A stretch of DNA of 62,415 nucleotides, filler included, from Sphacelaria rigidula (taxonomy: Eukaryota): NCBI GenBank assembly GCA_964200075.2. It is 10 parts of 10 records of this genome, joined end to end, with 100 filler letters (N's around TTAATTAATTAA, not from the genome) between each part and the next. Parts side by side here need not be neighbours in the genome. Positions count along the whole stretch, not along the records: positions 6,253 to 12,404 come from CAXNAA020021909.1; positions 12,505 to 18,656 come from CAXNAA020021910.1; positions 18,757 to 24,908 come from CAXNAA020021911.1; 7 more parts are not named here. One strand, given 5' to 3'. The notes beneath the pieces are model-generated. The model did no database searches. It saw only the letters and a program-made list of their open reading frames with translations, and had not been told where the DNA came from. Shown one piece after another: positions 10,977 to 24,508 of the stretch. A program made the position numbers and the translations under genes. The first letter of the stretch is position 1. Each line of letters begins with the position of its first letter.

Positions 10977-12404
10977 ATGTCGACTACAGAGGTACCGGCA
11001 ATGGAGCCATCGGAGACGACTGTAACCTCAGTTGTTCCGAGAGAAGAGTTGCGGCCTCCCAGTTACGGGTATTTGTGTTCTGAGTGTTCTTCTCGTTCCT
11101 GTTATACGAAATACGTGGAATACAAAAAGCGGGTGGTGCATGCGAATGCGGGGGATGCGGTAAGGCATCAGGTGGTTTCCATGGCGCAACTCGTGCCTAC
11201 CCCCCTCCAAAGCGTTTTTTGATTCCATGAGAAGCACACAATAACGCCGTCGCGATTGGTTGCGGCGATCAGAAAGCATGCTGGGCATGCGGCGGGCACT
11301 TGCCACTGTTGTGGCCAGGTCGGCCATTACGCTCGCGATTGCCCCATGTCTTCCGGTCGAAAGTCTGGGCAGTCTCATGCCGCGCGCCATCAGCATCGTC
11401 AGCACAAGGGCAAAAGGGGAGGTGATCGTTGTGGCGGCGGCGGATCCTCCAGCGGTGGAGGTGCACAGTCGAGTTTCCAGCAGCAGCAGCAGCAGGGGCA
11501 GCAGCAGGGGCAGCGGCGCCAGCAGGGGTCCAGTTTTGGGTCCGGCTCAGCCGCAGGGGCTGCTGCTCCGCAACGGGCGGTGCAGGTAGGACCGACCACT
11601 CTAGTGTCGGGCTCAGTGCCGGCGCCGCCGGCAGCAGAGCAAGGCGAGACGCCCGCTGCTGAGCCGGCCGGATTTCAGCTGAACTTTGGATCCGCTGCTG
11701 CGTCGGCCGGAGTACCCTTGCAATTTGGTTCTGCGGGCGGGGCCCCGTACCCCCCGGCGGTGCCGGTGACCCCAGAGCGGGCGTCTATTCCTGCGCCGCA
11801 CGCGCAGCCGTGGCGCCAAGTGGGGATGACGAACAATCAGTCGGCGGAGCAGGCGCCGGTCCAGTATCAAGGCAAATATATTCCTGCAGAGTTATATCTC
11901 TCAAATCAGTGGGCGCGGGGAGCCATTGCGGTAGAGGCTAAGTGGGATTCTGGCGCCCACTGGAGGGGTCATGTGAGTCTGTCGGCACAAATTATAGAGA
12001 TGCTGGAGCGTCTTCTCCCGGGTGTGCCGTTGCGCACTCCGTTCTCACTCGGGGCTCGGCAGGCCGTCACCGCGTCGGGTCAGCATCTTCATGTCACAGA
12101 GCGTACTGTTCCGCTGCAGCTGACTTTGATCACTTCCTGGGGGCCGGCGCAGTTGCCTCCGATCTCGTTTGCGATCATGCCGGGGTCGGATGGCGTTATT
12201 CTTCTGGGGTTGCCGATGGTCTAGGATATTGGAGTCAAAGGTCGGTGGTTGTGGGACTCCATGAAGACGCGGATGTCTCCGCCTGGTCCACGCTTGGAGA
12301 CGCCCGCCGTTTTGGGCAGTCGTCGCGTGAGCTTGTCGGTGGATGCTTTTCAGGAGGATGGAGGGCAGGTGACCGAGGAGCGGGATGCGGCGGTGGAACG
12401 CTTG
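10977..12404 (+). mobile_element. Degenerate Ty3/Gypsy gag-protease (internally deleted gag, CCHC knuckle, aspartic protease), truncated by contig end
   Basis: Zinc knuckle CHCCGQVGHYARDC; protease motif AKWDSGA ... VILLGLP; stop codons present. Confidence 0.85.
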
Positions 12405-12829
12405 NNNNNNNNNNNNNNNNNNNNNNNNNNNNNNNNNNNNNNNNNNNNTTAATTAATTAANNNNNNNNNNNNNNNNNNNNNNNNNNNNNNNNNNNNNNNN
12501 NNNNCTTCCTACCCTACCTCGCATGTGGGTGCTACGACCTCGCCCAACCCCCCCCCTCTCCCTCCTCCCCTCCCCGCGCGCGCCCTTTTCTGTGTTGCGG
12601 TACCCCACCGCGCAGCATGGTTCTGAGTTGTGGGAACCTAGACCGCCAGTCGTGGAAACAACAGCTTCCTCCTGTGACAGCACACGCATATGGTAGCGGA
12701 CCTCGCATTGTTGACGTTGGCACAACAGATTCGAGTCAACAGTAGTTATTTCCCCCATCCTGGGCCAACGTCGCCTCATCGATTTCCTTGTCATAGTGTA
12801 CTCATTTTCTTCCCCGTCAACGGTACTAC

Positions 12830-13095
12830 CACAAATTTGCCTCCGGATGTAAGCCCACGAGTTTGTTGGCCTTCCCATGATGTCTGCCCACATCACTACA
12901 GTCCGGCCTGATTGACCTTTTCCTGAATTAGCAGATGACTCCCGTCGCGGAGTACTGTGGTTTTAGCGACAAAATTTGCCGTCGGATGTAAGCCCACAAG
13001 TTTTTGCGTGACCACCCTCCGATATTTGATTACATCACTTCAGTCCGGCCCGATTGAGCTATCCTCTGTAGTGTCAGATGGGTCCCACCCCTTGT
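12830..13095 (+). repeat. Diverged ~140-bp tandem duplication
   Basis: AAATTTGCC..CGGATGTAAGCCCAC..ACATCACT.CAGTCCGGCC.GATTGA at about 12832 and 12972. Confidence 0.7.
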
Positions 13096-13314
13096 CAAGG
13101 AGAGAGGAGTGGCCCCGCAACCGCGCAGGTACTCCTAGCGCACCATGTCCCCCTTATCAGTGCAATCGCACGACCTTTTGCAGTACTATGGAAATGATAC
13201 TCGAGCTCGAACATTTCCCCTGGTAGGAGGGACGCCTTCGGACACAGCCCACATTTCCCCTTCCATATGCCGCTGCCCTTGCTGCTCACTAGCACCCCCT
13301 TGAAACGATCTGAT

Positions 13315-14983
13315 GAGATCCCAGATCGTGCCCCCCACCCAACATCGGTTGTATCGTAGCCCCCGCAACATCAGTCGCTACTACATACCGCCCGCATCCC
13401 TCGGCGATGCTCTGAGCGATGAGCTCACCTTGGCAGATGTAGGAATCCTCCAAATCCCCCCCCACCCCCCCCCTCCCTCCCCTACGGCTGTTCTGTCTTG
13501 CTGTGGTGTCCTACATATGTACATCGGCGTGCTTCTTGCTGGTTGCCGTTGGTGCTCTGGTACACTCTTCCTGCCGTACGTTGTAATGGAGTTTTGTTTC
13601 CGTGCATTACTTTTTGCGCTCATGATAGCATAATAATTGTACACGAACGAACCACTTCCCCTTTGCTGCGTTGTTGTCTCTCACTGGTTTTGGTACCGTG
13701 TGCTTGCTGGTGTTGGATTCGCCTTGTTGGTCACTACGCTTCTAGTACCCCTAGTCACATTTGTTGTCGCTGTCGCATTCCTGTTTGTGTACCTGAGCAT
13801 TCAGTGTTATGCTATGTCTTCGAGGTTCTAATGCGATGACAGAACTGTAGATTTACCCCAGCCACTCACATGTTTGGCATCTTGATGACTCATTCTCCGG
13901 ATGTATTCGTTGTTGTCACTGCTCACCCCCCTGCCGCCAGCCAAGAGAGCTCGCCGCATGGGAGTACTTCTTTGTATCGTCTTGTTGCACGGGTCCTTGG
14001 TTACACCACGTACGGCTAATTATACCGCCCTTAACGTGGTCCGTATTTCTGCCCGACGACTGTTTCATGTCGAGTTGAGTTACTACGTTTCGGCAGTTCA
14101 TCCGGATTTGTGCTTTTGTTTGTTCTACCCCTATCCCGTGGAGCAGCCTGGCGAGCTTGTTTGAGCTGGGCGTTTCCTCTTGTGTCATTCCGTTGCTCGT
14201 GGTCCAATGTCACCATGGGAGTTACCAATTATACCGCCCTGATTGTAGGCCGTACTTCGCCCGACGATTGCTTTGAGTTGGGTATTGTGTTCTGACGAAG
14301 ACCCCTTTTTAATTTACAATATGTTTTGGTTATAACACGCGATGGATTATCCGCCGCGCTGAACGATAAATTCTCACCAACGACCCTTGACTTCTTGCCG
14401 TGAGTGTGGTCTTGGGTGGGCTTGTGCTCACTCCTGCCGAGGCTTTGAATTTCGCACTTCGGGCACACCAAACCTGAACTTGGGCTGCACCCGCACTTTT
14501 ATCTCCCTGTTGCTGCGTAGTCTCCTCCTATCGCACCGTACTTCACGTTGCACGCCCTTTTCAAGGCAGGTTTGATACTACTAACGCCCTGCCACGAAAA
14601 CGAGCGGTGTGCCACTCTCGCTATACGCGACGGATGTGTCGGGACGGAGTTAGACAAAGACGTGGAGCTCACTTGGATCTGCATCCGACCATAGCAGTTG
14701 CCGCGATGCTACGCCGTAACTGCGCTTCCCCTCCCTTTTCCCCGCATTGTTCGGCATTCCCTCCTTGTTCCTTTGGTATATACAGTATACGCGTGCGTAC
14801 CATTTAGTGCTTTACTTTGTTGATGGACTAGCATTCGCGTTGTCTTGTTCAACGTAGGTAGTGAGTGTCTCGTAGATACAGCGTTTTCTTCTTGTGGATT
14901 GAACGTGTCATGTGACGGGTCGCAGCGATGCTTGCCCCTTGAGGTGTGGGAGAGAATTTCTTCTTCTTCTTCTTCTTCTTCTT

Positions 14984-15014
<31 letters not shown>

Positions 15015-15609
15015 ATATTTTATTCGCTTCATGTTTTGTTCGAGTGTAAAAGAGCCTTTTATCGTTGAACTTTGCTTTGAAGTTTCTCGGCGCAATTATA
15101 TTGTGCCGACGTGATGTTGATACACCTGCACTAGGACTCGTCTAGGGTGGGCTCGTGTGATGAAGCTCAGAGGCGTTGCACGATATTGAGATGCGCGGGT
15201 CTGTTTGTAGACCCTGGGTTCCGTGACGCGTTGTATCGCGTTTGTCATTATCATTGTTGCGGTGAGATAGGGCGAGCCATCGCCTTTCTGTCTCACTTGT
15301 TGACTGACCTTGCTCGCTTGCCTGCTTATTTCTGCTACGCTGGCGCATCGCCACGCTCTGCTCCTTTGGCTACTCCCCGGCTGTACTGAGTTAGGGAGCT
15401 ACTTGTAGGTCTAATATGATGCTATCAACATGTGAGATTCAAATCTTCCAGCAGTATACATGAAGAGCGGACTGTGTTGTGTGCATGATGGATAGCTGCG
15501 TCTGTATTATGTATCCACGTTGGGAGCTTGTCAGCTGGAACCATGGTATCCCCTGGTGCTCATAGTGAGAGACCCCGGCCAATACATTAGCTACTCCATC
15601 TATATTACA
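13315..15609 (-). mobile_element. Long non-coding dispersed repeat (LTR/LARD-like), copy 2
   Basis: Reverse-complement homology to 3875-6152. Its TG start abuts and truncates a hAT relic. Confidence 0.65.
14958..15013 (+). repeat. (TTC)n microsatellite
   Basis: About 18 perfect TTC units. Confidence 0.95.
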
Positions 15610-15760
15610 TGAGCCCCCTCAGCGAGAACACTCACTCTGAGGGACCTGACGATGCTGGAACAGCCAGGGCGTTCCAAGCGACATGCGCAATGAGTAGGTC
15701 CTTGTGCGCATTCAGCGCCCACCACTCGAGCGGGTTTTCGTTTATGGCCAGAGCATTTGC
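15610..15760 (-). pseudogene. hAT transposase C-terminal dimerization domain relic
   Basis: NPLEWWALNAHKDLLIAHVAWNALAVPASSGPSE*VFSLRGL matches the hAT dimer pattern PLxWW..YPxLxxxAxxxLxIPASSxxSERxFS. Confidence 0.8.
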
Positions 15761-16673
15761 TATCGCAATGTCCAAAATACCAAGAAAATAATAGATTAGA
15801 AATCCGCGTTTGTTTTTCAACGGAGCGGATATCCGGAGTGGACGGAGTAGAGCACATATCTATCTTCAGCCTTTTTGAGACCGGACTCCCAGAAACATGT
15901 GGTTTGCACGCAGGGGCGTTTCCGTGAACCGGCACTATTTTCCTCGGAAACGATTGAGAATAATGTCGGTCCACAAAAAAGCCGCTAAGTACAAACCACT
16001 TGTTTCTGGGAATCCGGTCCCAAGAAGTTTAACGGGCCCTCCCGTCAACCGAAATAAAAACCGTACCCGTAGGAATCGTATGTCGTCCGACGGTTGAAAG
16101 ATTCAGGTAGGAGCTGCTGATGACCAATTTCCAACTTGGTTCCGTGCGACACAAGACACGAGCAACCACCCCCGTGATAGTCAGCCTGTCGTGATGACGG
16201 CTCGCTAGATGGTCTGGTACTGTCTGTGAGGAGATGTTGCCCGCTTCCCGGACAGGGTCACAGTGATTGGCAGAACATCCAGTTACTTGCACCAACTCGG
16301 CTTCACGGCGACTTCTTGCGCGAGACGAGGGGCGAACGTTGAGAACAGCAAACTCACACATATGACGAGTCCTCAACCGTGCTTGTGCCCCTGTTGATGT
16401 GGGGGTCGACCTATGAACGGACAGAGTTAACCCTTGGACGGCGAGGGTAGGTCATAATATGTGGAATCAGCTCAATTTCACTTGGAAAAAGTCTGCATGA
16501 TCAAGATGGACCACCCGACTACCCCAGCGGTCTACAGTACGGGTTAAGCAACTACGTGCTGGCAAGATTTGCCGCTGCCTCCACGCCGGTTCGATATCTT
16601 ATGCTGTATATTAGAGGCCCGTTTAACGAGACAAGAAAAGTGAAAAAGCGCCATGATATTGAGAGGGATTGCG

Positions 16674-17125
16674 CCAGTTTCGGTGATTTTTTTGGGCAAT
16701 GGCCCAGAAAAAGTATACCTTCTCTTATTCTGCCTACGAAAGGTACGAAAAGTGACCATAAACGCGAAACCAGCAAAAACACACCATTTACACCGATTTC
16801 ACTCCGAATTATTCACGCACAGCAAATGGGGGGCTCCTTGGCACTCGGGCCTCGAAACAAATCCAGGAAAAGGCTCGATTCTGTGTTAGGGAAGAATCGA
16901 TGTTTTGTACAGAAGCGGGAAGAACCGGCGGTTTCGTGTATTTTTTGGGCAATGGCCCAGAAAAGGTAAACCTCCTCTTATTCTGCCTACGAAAGGTACG
17001 AAAAGTGACCAGAAACGCGAAACCAGCAAAAACACACAATTTACACCGATTTCACTCCGAATTGTTCACGCACAGCAAATGGGGGGCTCCTCGGCACTCG
17101 GGCCTCGAAAAAATACAGAAAAAAA
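16674..17125 (+). repeat. Direct tandem duplication, period ~252 bp
   Basis: TTTTTGGGCAATGGCCCAGAAAA...GCACTCGGGCCTCGAAA occurs at about 16690-16857 and 16942-17109 with high identity. Confidence 0.85.
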
Positions 17126-18520
17126 CATGTTACTCGCGAGATATGGCCATGTGCAGAAGGACATATCGCCTCCAGAAACTAGTCCCCCTTTCTAGGCCAC
17201 ATTTCGGCCAGGTATACCTGATCTAGGAATTCTTTTTGAATTGTACCTTCTCTGGGCCACCAGTCGACCCAGAAAATACCTGTCCTGAGCCATCGCTTCC
17301 CACACTGTACCTGATGCGGCACACTGCGCGCACGGCTATCTATGCGCCAGCTCCAACCATGGCGTCCACACATTTGGCTCTTTTCCCGCCCATTTGTCGT
17401 ACACGAACGCCACAACGACCACATGATACTAACCGTAACGCCACAACCATTAAAGCTGTTGGGACCGGACTCCCCACAACGGTATGTTTGTGGCACTTTC
17501 CCTCACTTTCCCCCCACGGTAACCGTGTGTTGGTGGCAGGTGTCCATTTATTGTACGAGCTGGGCCAGCCTAAAAACGGACTTAAGCTCTTGAAGCAGCA
17601 TCTCATCAACACAGACGAGTTGGACCGTGATCCGCATATCGCATTGATCGTCTAAGCAAGGGGAAGGTGCCCATCTGCTCAAAAATCTGGGCCAATAATT
17701 TCTAGTTGATTAAACCCCATGTCTAGTAATTCCTATACCGTACGGAGATAGCGTCCACACTAAAATCTATATGGAACCCCGAACGATACATTTAGCGGAT
17801 GATGATGATTTTTGGTGTGGACCTCCCCTGAAGCACGGGGAGACGATAGATACCCTAACCTTCACCTAATTCGTAATCTATCTCGAGATATGGCGCACGT
17901 AAGGTTTTATACTAAAATCAACACATTACGAGCAGAAGCACTAAATGCCCTGAATCTGGATATCGCGGCTCAGTTTTTGAGAGTTGTGCTATGAAATTTC
18001 GCATGAAGAACCGCTAGTGCATAGTAAAATAAACAAAATAGCCTCATACCCTTTTTCTTCATTTTGTTTCCTGTTTCTAGAGGTGTTTTGAGGAGATATG
18101 AACATTGTCCTCACACCTTACCTCAATTTTTTACCTCAATTTTCATAATTGTTATTCAAAACTTAGCATGGGGGACCACGAAGGTGTGCCGAATGAAAAA
18201 AAATGGGTCTTCGTTTTCGCTTCATAGAGGTTAGGGCGTTCTCGTGAGGAAATGGTCTTTACGATACTAAAACGCCCTAAGCCAGCGAAAAATTTGAAAG
18301 AAATCAACCGGACTCCTTGAGTTCCGTAAATAATGCCCTGGCGAGGACCCACACAAAATTTCAATACGCAGAAACCAAACATGGGCCGGTGAGTGGCGTG
18401 GGAGATACTGTTCCGAATTTATACTGACCTGGTTTTTAAAAGGCGAATCCGCCGACACATGTTTGGCGTTGGAGCGTAACATTTGGTATGGACAATGCGT
18501 AGGGCATGAAAAAGAAAATA

Positions 18521-18546
18521 CATATATATATATATATATATATATT
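18521..18546 (+). repeat. (TA)n microsatellite
   Basis: Direct observation. Confidence 0.9.
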
Positions 18547-18756
18547 GGTACACTCGTATTATATTTTCTATTCCCTATTACTTACTCCTCCGTTCCCCGT
18601 CCTCTGACGAAGGCCATGACCGGTCTTGTCGGTACGGCGTGGGGAGGGTCGTTTCGNNNNNNNNNNNNNNNNNNNNNNNNNNNNNNNNNNNNNNNNNNNN
18701 TTAATTAATTAANNNNNNNNNNNNNNNNNNNNNNNNNNNNNNNNNNNNNNNNNNNN

Positions 18757-18790
18757 AAGGCAAGCAACAAATGAGTACGCCCCCCCCCCC
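18757..18790 (+). mobile_element. 3' terminus of the C-tailed LINE family
   Basis: AAGGCAAGCAACAAATGAGTACG followed by C12; matches 53190-53230 and the reverse complement of 38720-38750. Confidence 0.7.
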
Positions 18791-19222
18791 AAACAGAGGA
18801 CGTCTTCAATTACTTGGCAAATGTAAGAAGATTTCAGTACACTACATTGTATAGAGTAGTACATGTACTGCCGTGCCGTAGGTTTGACGTCTTCGGCCGT
18901 CACGTAGCGAACTGTATACAGTTATGTGGCTAACACTACACACCGTTAGACCGTCCGGTTATTCCAGCACAATCGACCTCTCTGACTCGACCGTTCTCCT
19001 CGGTGATGTCTCCCTTGCTGGTCCGAAGGCACCGATGGAGAGAGCAGCACGAGGCCTCACGCGGGCGATGCCATCACGACAAAAAACGTGCTAGAGGATT
19101 CCGCACGCCCCAACAATGGCAACGAATACAACGCAGCCAACAGCAACGGCGACAGCAGTAACAGTCCTCGCCGCCGTCCCCGTCGCGGCAGCAACCGCCC
19201 TCGCAGAAGCAAAGATATCCCC

Positions 19223-22200
19223 ATGACGCCTGAAGAAGGCCGTCGCAACTTAAACGAGGTATTCGGAGACTCCGACGAAGAGAGTGGTGACGACGAGCAT
19301 CCGATAGCCCGTAGGAAAAGCCGCACCGACGGTCGTGGTGCGCAATCCCCAACCCCGTCGACTATGTCGGGAGCAAGGCAGCATCGAGGCAGAAGGAGGA
19401 GTTCCAGCTCTGGGCCCAGACGGCGACGGAGTTCGGATGGCGGTGAACATGGAGGAGGATCACGTAGCAAGGAGCCCCGATCACCGCGGGCCGGTGCCTC
19501 TGACAGATCTTCTCGCACAAGAGAACGAAGGCGATCGAGTAGACTGGACACGAATAACGATGGCTATGATGGTGACGGTGTCGGTAGTGGTCGCACCAGG
19601 GATGCCGGAAGGCGGCGGAAGAGTGCGCCTGTAGCAGCGCAGTCACTGGGGCAGACGAGACATGCTGCACGCTCGCTTGTTCCTATTGGGGCTGGACATC
19701 GCTCTACCGCACACAGGTCGGTCGTTTCACGATTCAGTTCATGAGGGTATCTGTTGTCTCAATCCTACAAACCAACCGCAGCACAACGCGGTCGTTTTTG
19801 TCTCTCGAGGAACGACATCGCTCGCACTGCGCGGGTTAACGCTATCTTCTGTCCTGATTGACGAATCGTCATGTGTTTCTCTCCCCTTCAACATAACATA
19901 AAAAATGTCGTCAACCTCATGGCGTTTGTGCCACCTCGTAGCAACTCGTCGCCAGAATGCCTCGGCCTTTTGATTGGAGATGCTAGATGGGCCATTATCC
20001 CTGCGCGAAACCTTCAGTAGCACCCATGTGCGGATGAATACTCCCTCCTGGCATGGAGTTGCTAAAGAGAGAGAACACATCGTCCGCGGGCGAGCAGTCC
20101 AGTGAATCTACTCTCTGCTAACGCCCCTCCTTTCTCATTGAGCGCCTCAGACCTGGTACGCTGGCGGGAGTGAAGGAGATTCGGCGGGCGAGAGAGTGGG
20201 CGAGGTTCTGCAGACGGAAAACTTACCTCTCCTTGGACGATTTGTCGAGGGAGGACAGACCGAGAATGGCTAAGAAGGGAGCGGCTACTCCGTTTTCACT
20301 GCACCTCATGAAGGTGTGTGTGCGCGTGCGTGCGTGCGTGTGTATGTATGTGTATCTGAGTGCGTGCGTAAGTGCAGGTTGCTGGCGTTTGAAGGCGCGA
20401 AGGGTCGGAGTCTTGTGCATATCTTGTCGTTCGTTTGTGTTTCACGTTTCTCTTGTGGTTGAATCGGTATCGATTCGGCACAAACGCGTCAGTCGAGGTT
20501 TCGGTTAATAGTACCGTATACCGTATAACACAGCGGGTGATTACATTGTACGTCTTTAAATTTTCATACAGAACGCGATGAAGTATCCGGTGTTCACGCT
20601 GCTGTACGCTAACCACAACACGGATCGTATCCATGACGTAACGCATGCTGGCTTCTGCTGGAGGTCTTCATTGTGGCCGACATTCTTCCCCGATTTTTCC
20701 ACGTCTTTACCATTGCGAAACATCAAAGGTGGAGGGATGGCAAATCCCGCCGGCCTTGGTGGAGCGTGCAGGCGCTCCTGGACACGGGTTGAAGTTCTCC
20801 CTCAGCGTGAGTTTTTACCATGCGGGTTCAAAACGGTTCTACGGAGATACCTTCATGGGAGACGGACTAGACGAGGAAGACGAGTCACGAGTGAAGATCG
20901 TGTCGGAGGGGTGGCATGGGACGTCCAAGGGTGGCAAGATTAAGGTGAATCACTTCTTTGTGTGGGGGGGTACAAGCTGTGCTCATTATTTGCATGAGTA
21001 CGCTGGAGGACATGGTACAAGCGCGTCGTTGGGGATGGCTACTTTACTCGTGTTCCTCTCGACCTAATCTGTGAAGATCAACAGCCACGAGATGGTTTTA
21101 GGCGACTTCCCGCTTGCGTGAGGAGTCTGACAATGTAGGCTGGTGCTGTATGTAATTTGTCTGACGAGCCTGGCGCTTTACGGCGGGGGCAAACCGTAGA
21201 TGAGTACAACACGTGCTACGTGCACTTCTTTTTATTTCACTTGATTTCCGGCAGAGAATTTGTAGAAGAAAATAACCTAAGCCCACTGCACCGTTTTTTT
21301 GTCATCTTACGTAGCACGGGCCGTAACACGCGTGCCACCCTACGGTCGTGAAACTTGGCCCTCTGGGACAGCGGGATCAATTATTCAAAGACAGGTAACG
21401 TGGGAACGGCGGGTCGAATCTGAGTAACCTATCGGGGCTAGTGTCACTTTACCGGACAGCTTTGTGCCCATCAGAAATGAAATCTGATCGTTCCACCGAA
21501 CCACGTGCACTCGAGAGCAGCGAAGCAAACGATCGAAACGCAAGAAAAGTGGGAGTGGATCATCGAAGCGGGGGAAAGGAGGACGATCTCGGGGTGATGA
21601 GGACGAGGATGATGACGATGTGGAGGAGGAAGAAGTGACGACCAGGCACGAGGAGTTGATGTACTGGTACACACACTTCGAGGATCCCAACTGCCTGGCC
21701 GTGGTGGAGCTCGTGGCCACGATCATGGATGATAACAATAGCATACAGGTTTGTACAGACATTCTACCGTACTCTGCGAGGCATGTCCAAATTTCCGCCA
21801 CTGCTGCGAACAATGTTCATACTGCTCCGACGACTTTACTGAAGTTGCGCTGCAATAACATCTGGTCGCAGGGCCTCATCTCTCATATAGAACTAACTTA
21901 TTGACATTTACTGACAAGACGACGGCTAACCATCGGCGCAATATCTATCACTAAGTGAGTTCGTCTCATCAAAGTACAAGTACCTATTCTTTTACATGCT
22001 TGCACAGCCGCTCGGAACCTTCTCGTAGATGTTCGAGTGTAGTTCGTCAGTTAGAGGATGTCATTGGTTTTCTTACCATCGTTGTATTAGGGGGTAATCT
22101 GAACACTCTCGTGTAGGAGGCTTCCTCGCCGACAACTAGGCGCTACTGTAGAGGTGTAGGCAAGCCTCAGACGTCACGACTCTGAGTGTTGACACTATCG

Positions 22201-24148
22201 AGTATAGTACGGGCAATGCACGGGCTACATAATTAGATGGACCCCGCCGCTCTCGAGCGCACAATGCCAGCTGAAGATTTTTCTGGCTTTGTTGTTGCAT
22301 GCGGACAGGTGGGTCAGTACGGCTGTGGGTGGACATTCATTCAGTTCTTCGGCCCGAACGAGCCTGAGGCAGTACAGCATAGGGACGTCTACCGAGGATC
22401 TCCCAGGAATCTACTGTTTTTCGAACAGGTACGCACGAGTTGATATTGTTGTTTTTTCGGCTTGACGGCTGGACTGTAATCATGGCTACGGTCGTAAAGA
22501 TCGTCATGACGGAAGTAGGGGGGTATAAGTACTTCCCGCATAACATGAAGGCGCGACATTCGGTCTAGCGATTCGACCGTACAAACCGTCTCTGCCGATG
22601 AAGCAGGGCATTGCCCGAGGGGTGTGGTATTTTTGGGCGACGAAAGTTCGTGAATGGCACAACTACTCGAACCTCATCCAACTGCTGCAGAAGTAAATTA
22701 AGAACAAGAACAAAAAGTGAGCACGAAATCGAATTTCACTGAGGATTGTCGCAGACAATGCCACAGCGGCCACCTGCGAACCTCATTAAGTGTGTCTTTC
22801 GTCTCGCTTTGTCCGCTCGTACACTCCGAAGGGCGATTGGGGCAGCGTGGGAGAGACGGCCATCCCGGGCTGCTCGTTATGGTTCACTCTTTCCGTGTGG
22901 GACAACTTGATGAAAGCTCACCATCTCTTCCGCCCGGACGAGATAGTGTCGGCGATCGACGTCCTGCCTGGAATGCAGGTCGGCCTTTCTATTATCTTAT
23001 GAAGCAAAACGCGTGTGGGTACGGCGGTGTAATGGTATACTTCGTTGATGTCGCGTCTGTTTCGAAATAGTGCTGCTGCGTTGGGAAAGGGTCTGTGGCA
23101 AACAAATTCCATGAGAGTATGTGAGCCGAGGATGTTATAATGGCGTCTGTGCGCACGGTTGCCCGCTATATGGTAACGTGTGTCTACCATAGCGTTGAAG
23201 ACACGAATCGTAGCATCCAAGAACAATGTTCAGATGATATCTGTATACATGTCAGACTTCCAAGGCAACCCACCAGTGCAGTGTGTAATCACACTTTCAA
23301 CAACGACACACGCTCCAGGATACAGCAGGTTTCCCACCCCAGACCACGCAATCATCATCCAGCACAGCCATACTTTCAATGACACACTTTTTGTGCCGCC
23401 ATCGGTGTCTCAAGGCGTAATAGCTATCCCCGCTTCTTTCTGAAAACGCTGATTCAGACCAAAAACATCAAAGTGCCCGACAAACTCACAAAGCTTGGAC
23501 CATTCATCGGGCTGCGCATAGAGGAAGGCAGGGCGCGCCCAACGCGCAGGGGCACACGCAGAGGCGAGTCCCTCAACGATAGGAGAAGATAGGGTCGTGG
23601 ATATTCGGCTCATAACTTGCCCATAGTTGCGTCGAAACATTACCTTTTCTCCCTCGTACATACCCGTGGTCGTACTTCTTGCCTATGTTTCTGTACCGTC
23701 TCGTGGAGCCATGCTGCTAGAACATTTGATTCCATCGTCAACGGGTGCGCAGCTCCAATGTAGTGTTGTGGAGCTGTTGGTGTTTCGTTCCCGTCCATCA
23801 CAGAGCGGCAGCCTCGATGACTTTCTAGCCCACTGTACTTGACCTGACACCCGAAGCTTGAGCAGAGACCGTTGATGAACTGCCAGGGAGACTCTCATGG
23901 ATAATGGAGCACCGTCTCGGGATGCACACTTACCCTACGTGCTACTTACTGGCTGTAACAAAAAATCTGCTTTTTACGGCGCAGGCAGCGACGGGGAGGA
24001 CGATAGTCGCTGGAGCATGGTTCCCTCCCGCCCTCGACTTGCTCCTTGTATTGAATTCCGGCTGTCGTCTTTGAGGGTGGTGATTCCGGGAAGGGAGAGC
24101 TACGAGCGAGATCTGATTCGAAGTCTGGGAGAGGATATACCTGACCAG
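19223..24148 (+). CDS. NPHP4: Nephrocystin-4 homolog, 5' part (ciliary transition-zone protein). Predicted exons 19223(or upstream)-19716, 20151-20313, 20729-20944, 21521-21748, 22309-22428, 22832-22978, 23458-23563, 23985-24148; probably continues beyond the contig
   Basis: All exons are phase-compatible, with AG acceptors and GT donors (one GC). The peptides align in order to the NPHP4 N-terminus as I recall it: EWARFC..TPFSLHLMK-VEG; KFSLSVSFYHAGSKRFYGDTF; LMYWYTHFEDPNCLAVVELVA; YGCGWTFIQFF; VYRGSPRNLL; IPGCSLWFTL..AHHLFRPDEIVSAIDVLPGM; PRLAP..IPGRESYERDLI. Confidence 0.85.
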
Positions 24149-24508
24149 GTATTTATTCACAGCGTAACAGCAGTTAGAGGTATGGTGAGGAGGGGGGCAC
24201 AAGGCAACACTTCGCAGCCTCTAAGAAACGCCTAGTGCGTCAGTAATGCTTCAAGATTTCCATAGGGACAGTGTGGGACACATGACGGTCTCCGGCAAAA
24301 TCAGATCCTCCACAACCCGAGCTGAACACCGCTCCGCTCTCAGTGCGATCTGTAGCCCGTGTTTAGGGAGTGTTTGAGAGAGCCCCCGCTTTGGCTCTCG
24401 CGGCAAGCACATGCTTTGCCCTCGGGGACAGGGTGACAGCGAGAGCTCTGCCGCCTTGCCCCTTTTGAGGGTTGGCGGCAGTTGGCAACGACGCTGTGAG
24501 ACGCGCCA

